Shown here in pieces: positions 63,543 through 64,000 of a DNA stretch of 64,000 nucleotides; the first letter of the stretch is position 1, and the number at the start of each line of letters is the position of its first letter. This DNA is from an uncultured Candidatus Saccharibacteria bacterium (GTDB lineage Bacteria; Patescibacteriota; Minisyncoccia; Phycocordibacterales; SBAW01). A program made the translations under genes and the position numbers. The stretch covers positions 399,797 to 463,796 of the forward strand of contig CAZMIU010000001.1 of NCBI GenBank assembly GCA_964566795.1, read 5' to 3'. Under the pieces are notes generated by a model. That model was not told where the DNA came from and searched no databases. It was given only the letters and a program-made list of their open reading frames with translations.

Positions 63543-63950
63543 TTATTTCGGGCGCTTTGCACCATAGCGCGAGCGGGAGCGGCGGCGCTTCTCGAGGCCC
63601 GCTGCATCGAGCTTGCCGCGCACTACCTGGTAGCGCACGTTGATGTCCTTCACGCGGCCGGCGCGGACAATTACCACGGAGTGCTCCTGGAGGTTGTGGC
63701 CCTCGCCCGGGATGTAGGCGGTAATCTCCTGGCCATTGGTGAGGCGCACGCGGGCGATCTTGCGGATAGCGGAGTTAGGCTTGCGGGGGGTCGTGGTGGT
63801 CACCTTGGTGCAGACACCGCGCTTGAAAGGGCTCGGGTAGAAGACAGGCTTGTTCTTAAGCACGTTAAAACCGCGCGCGAGTGCGGGCGACTTGGTCTTG
63901 TTGGGGCGCTCTTTGCGGCCCTTGCGGATGAGTTGTGAGAGACGTGCCAT
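63543..63950 (-). CDS. rpsL: 30S ribosomal protein S12
   Basis: PNSAIRK and related S12 motifs. Confidence 0.97.
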   Translation of the reverse strand: MARLSQLIRKGRKERPNKTKSPALARGFNVLKNKPVFYPSPFKRGVCTKVTTTTPRKPNSAIRKIARVRLTNGQEITAYIPGEGHNLQEHSVVIVRAGRVKDINVRYQVVRGKLDAAGLEKRRRSRSRYGAKRPK

Positions 63951-64000
63951 TTAGTCTAAATTCTTCCCTATTGTTTTAATTGCCGAGGCAATTAAAAACG

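Noticed and set aside
1-64000. A CRISPR array, rRNA genes or a prophage.
   Set aside because: No short direct-repeat/spacer array, no rRNA-like sequence, and no integrase, terminase or capsid genes were seen. The only mobile-element signal is the RAYT/REP unit.

Overview
This is a high-GC (~60%) bacterial window that is almost entirely coding. Several gene-content signals together suggest a Candidate Phyla Radiation/Patescibacteria-like lineage, though no single one is diagnostic: no L30 gene between rpsE and rplO, a Zn-ribbon-type S14, and N- or C-terminal extensions on ribosomal proteins. 

Layout from left to right: (i) A type IV pilus locus at 1-8629: a major pilin truncated at the window edge, pilC, pilT, pilB, a small pilus membrane protein, and pilO, pilN and pilM. 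A REP-associated tyrosine transposase flanked by palindromic REP elements is inserted between pilC and pilT. 

(ii) A divergent comF-like gene. 

(iii) A tightly packed co-directional minus-strand cluster at 9301-19575. It contains two membrane-anchored cohesin-domain proteins, a ~1060-aa Ser/Ala/Thr-rich repeat protein ending in a type-I dockerin, tatA and tatC, a 61-aa acidic ORF, a 213-aa protein, an 803-aa Thr/Gly-rich protein with an internal tandem duplication, and a 193-aa protein with a KRLFLK Tat-like signal. This cluster is my main candidate for an undescribed surface-display/export system. 

(iv) Housekeeping genes: mpg, tspO, tRNA-Ser(GCU) surrounded by partial copies of its own ends, an ECF sigma factor with a DUF5667 anti-sigma partner, malic enzyme, gtrA, recG, tRNA-Ile(UAU), a class-1-like pyrD plus pyrC, ftsH, smpB with tmRNA, a SET-domain protein, a PQQ-type sugar dehydrogenase, and infC-rpmI-rplT. 

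(v) The spc/S10/str ribosomal super-operon on the minus strand (ndk, map, adk, secY, rplO through rpsJ, tuf, fusA, rpsG, rpsL). It carries several unusual insertions. Three secreted-protein genes plus one lower-GC gene sit between fusA and tuf. An RNHCP-domain gene lies antisense between rpsG and fusA. A small antisense gene lies between rplB and rpsS. A DUF1761 membrane gene and two terminators lie between rpsJ and rplC. A 220-nt structured spacer lies between rplE and rpsN. 

No CRISPR array and no rRNA were seen.
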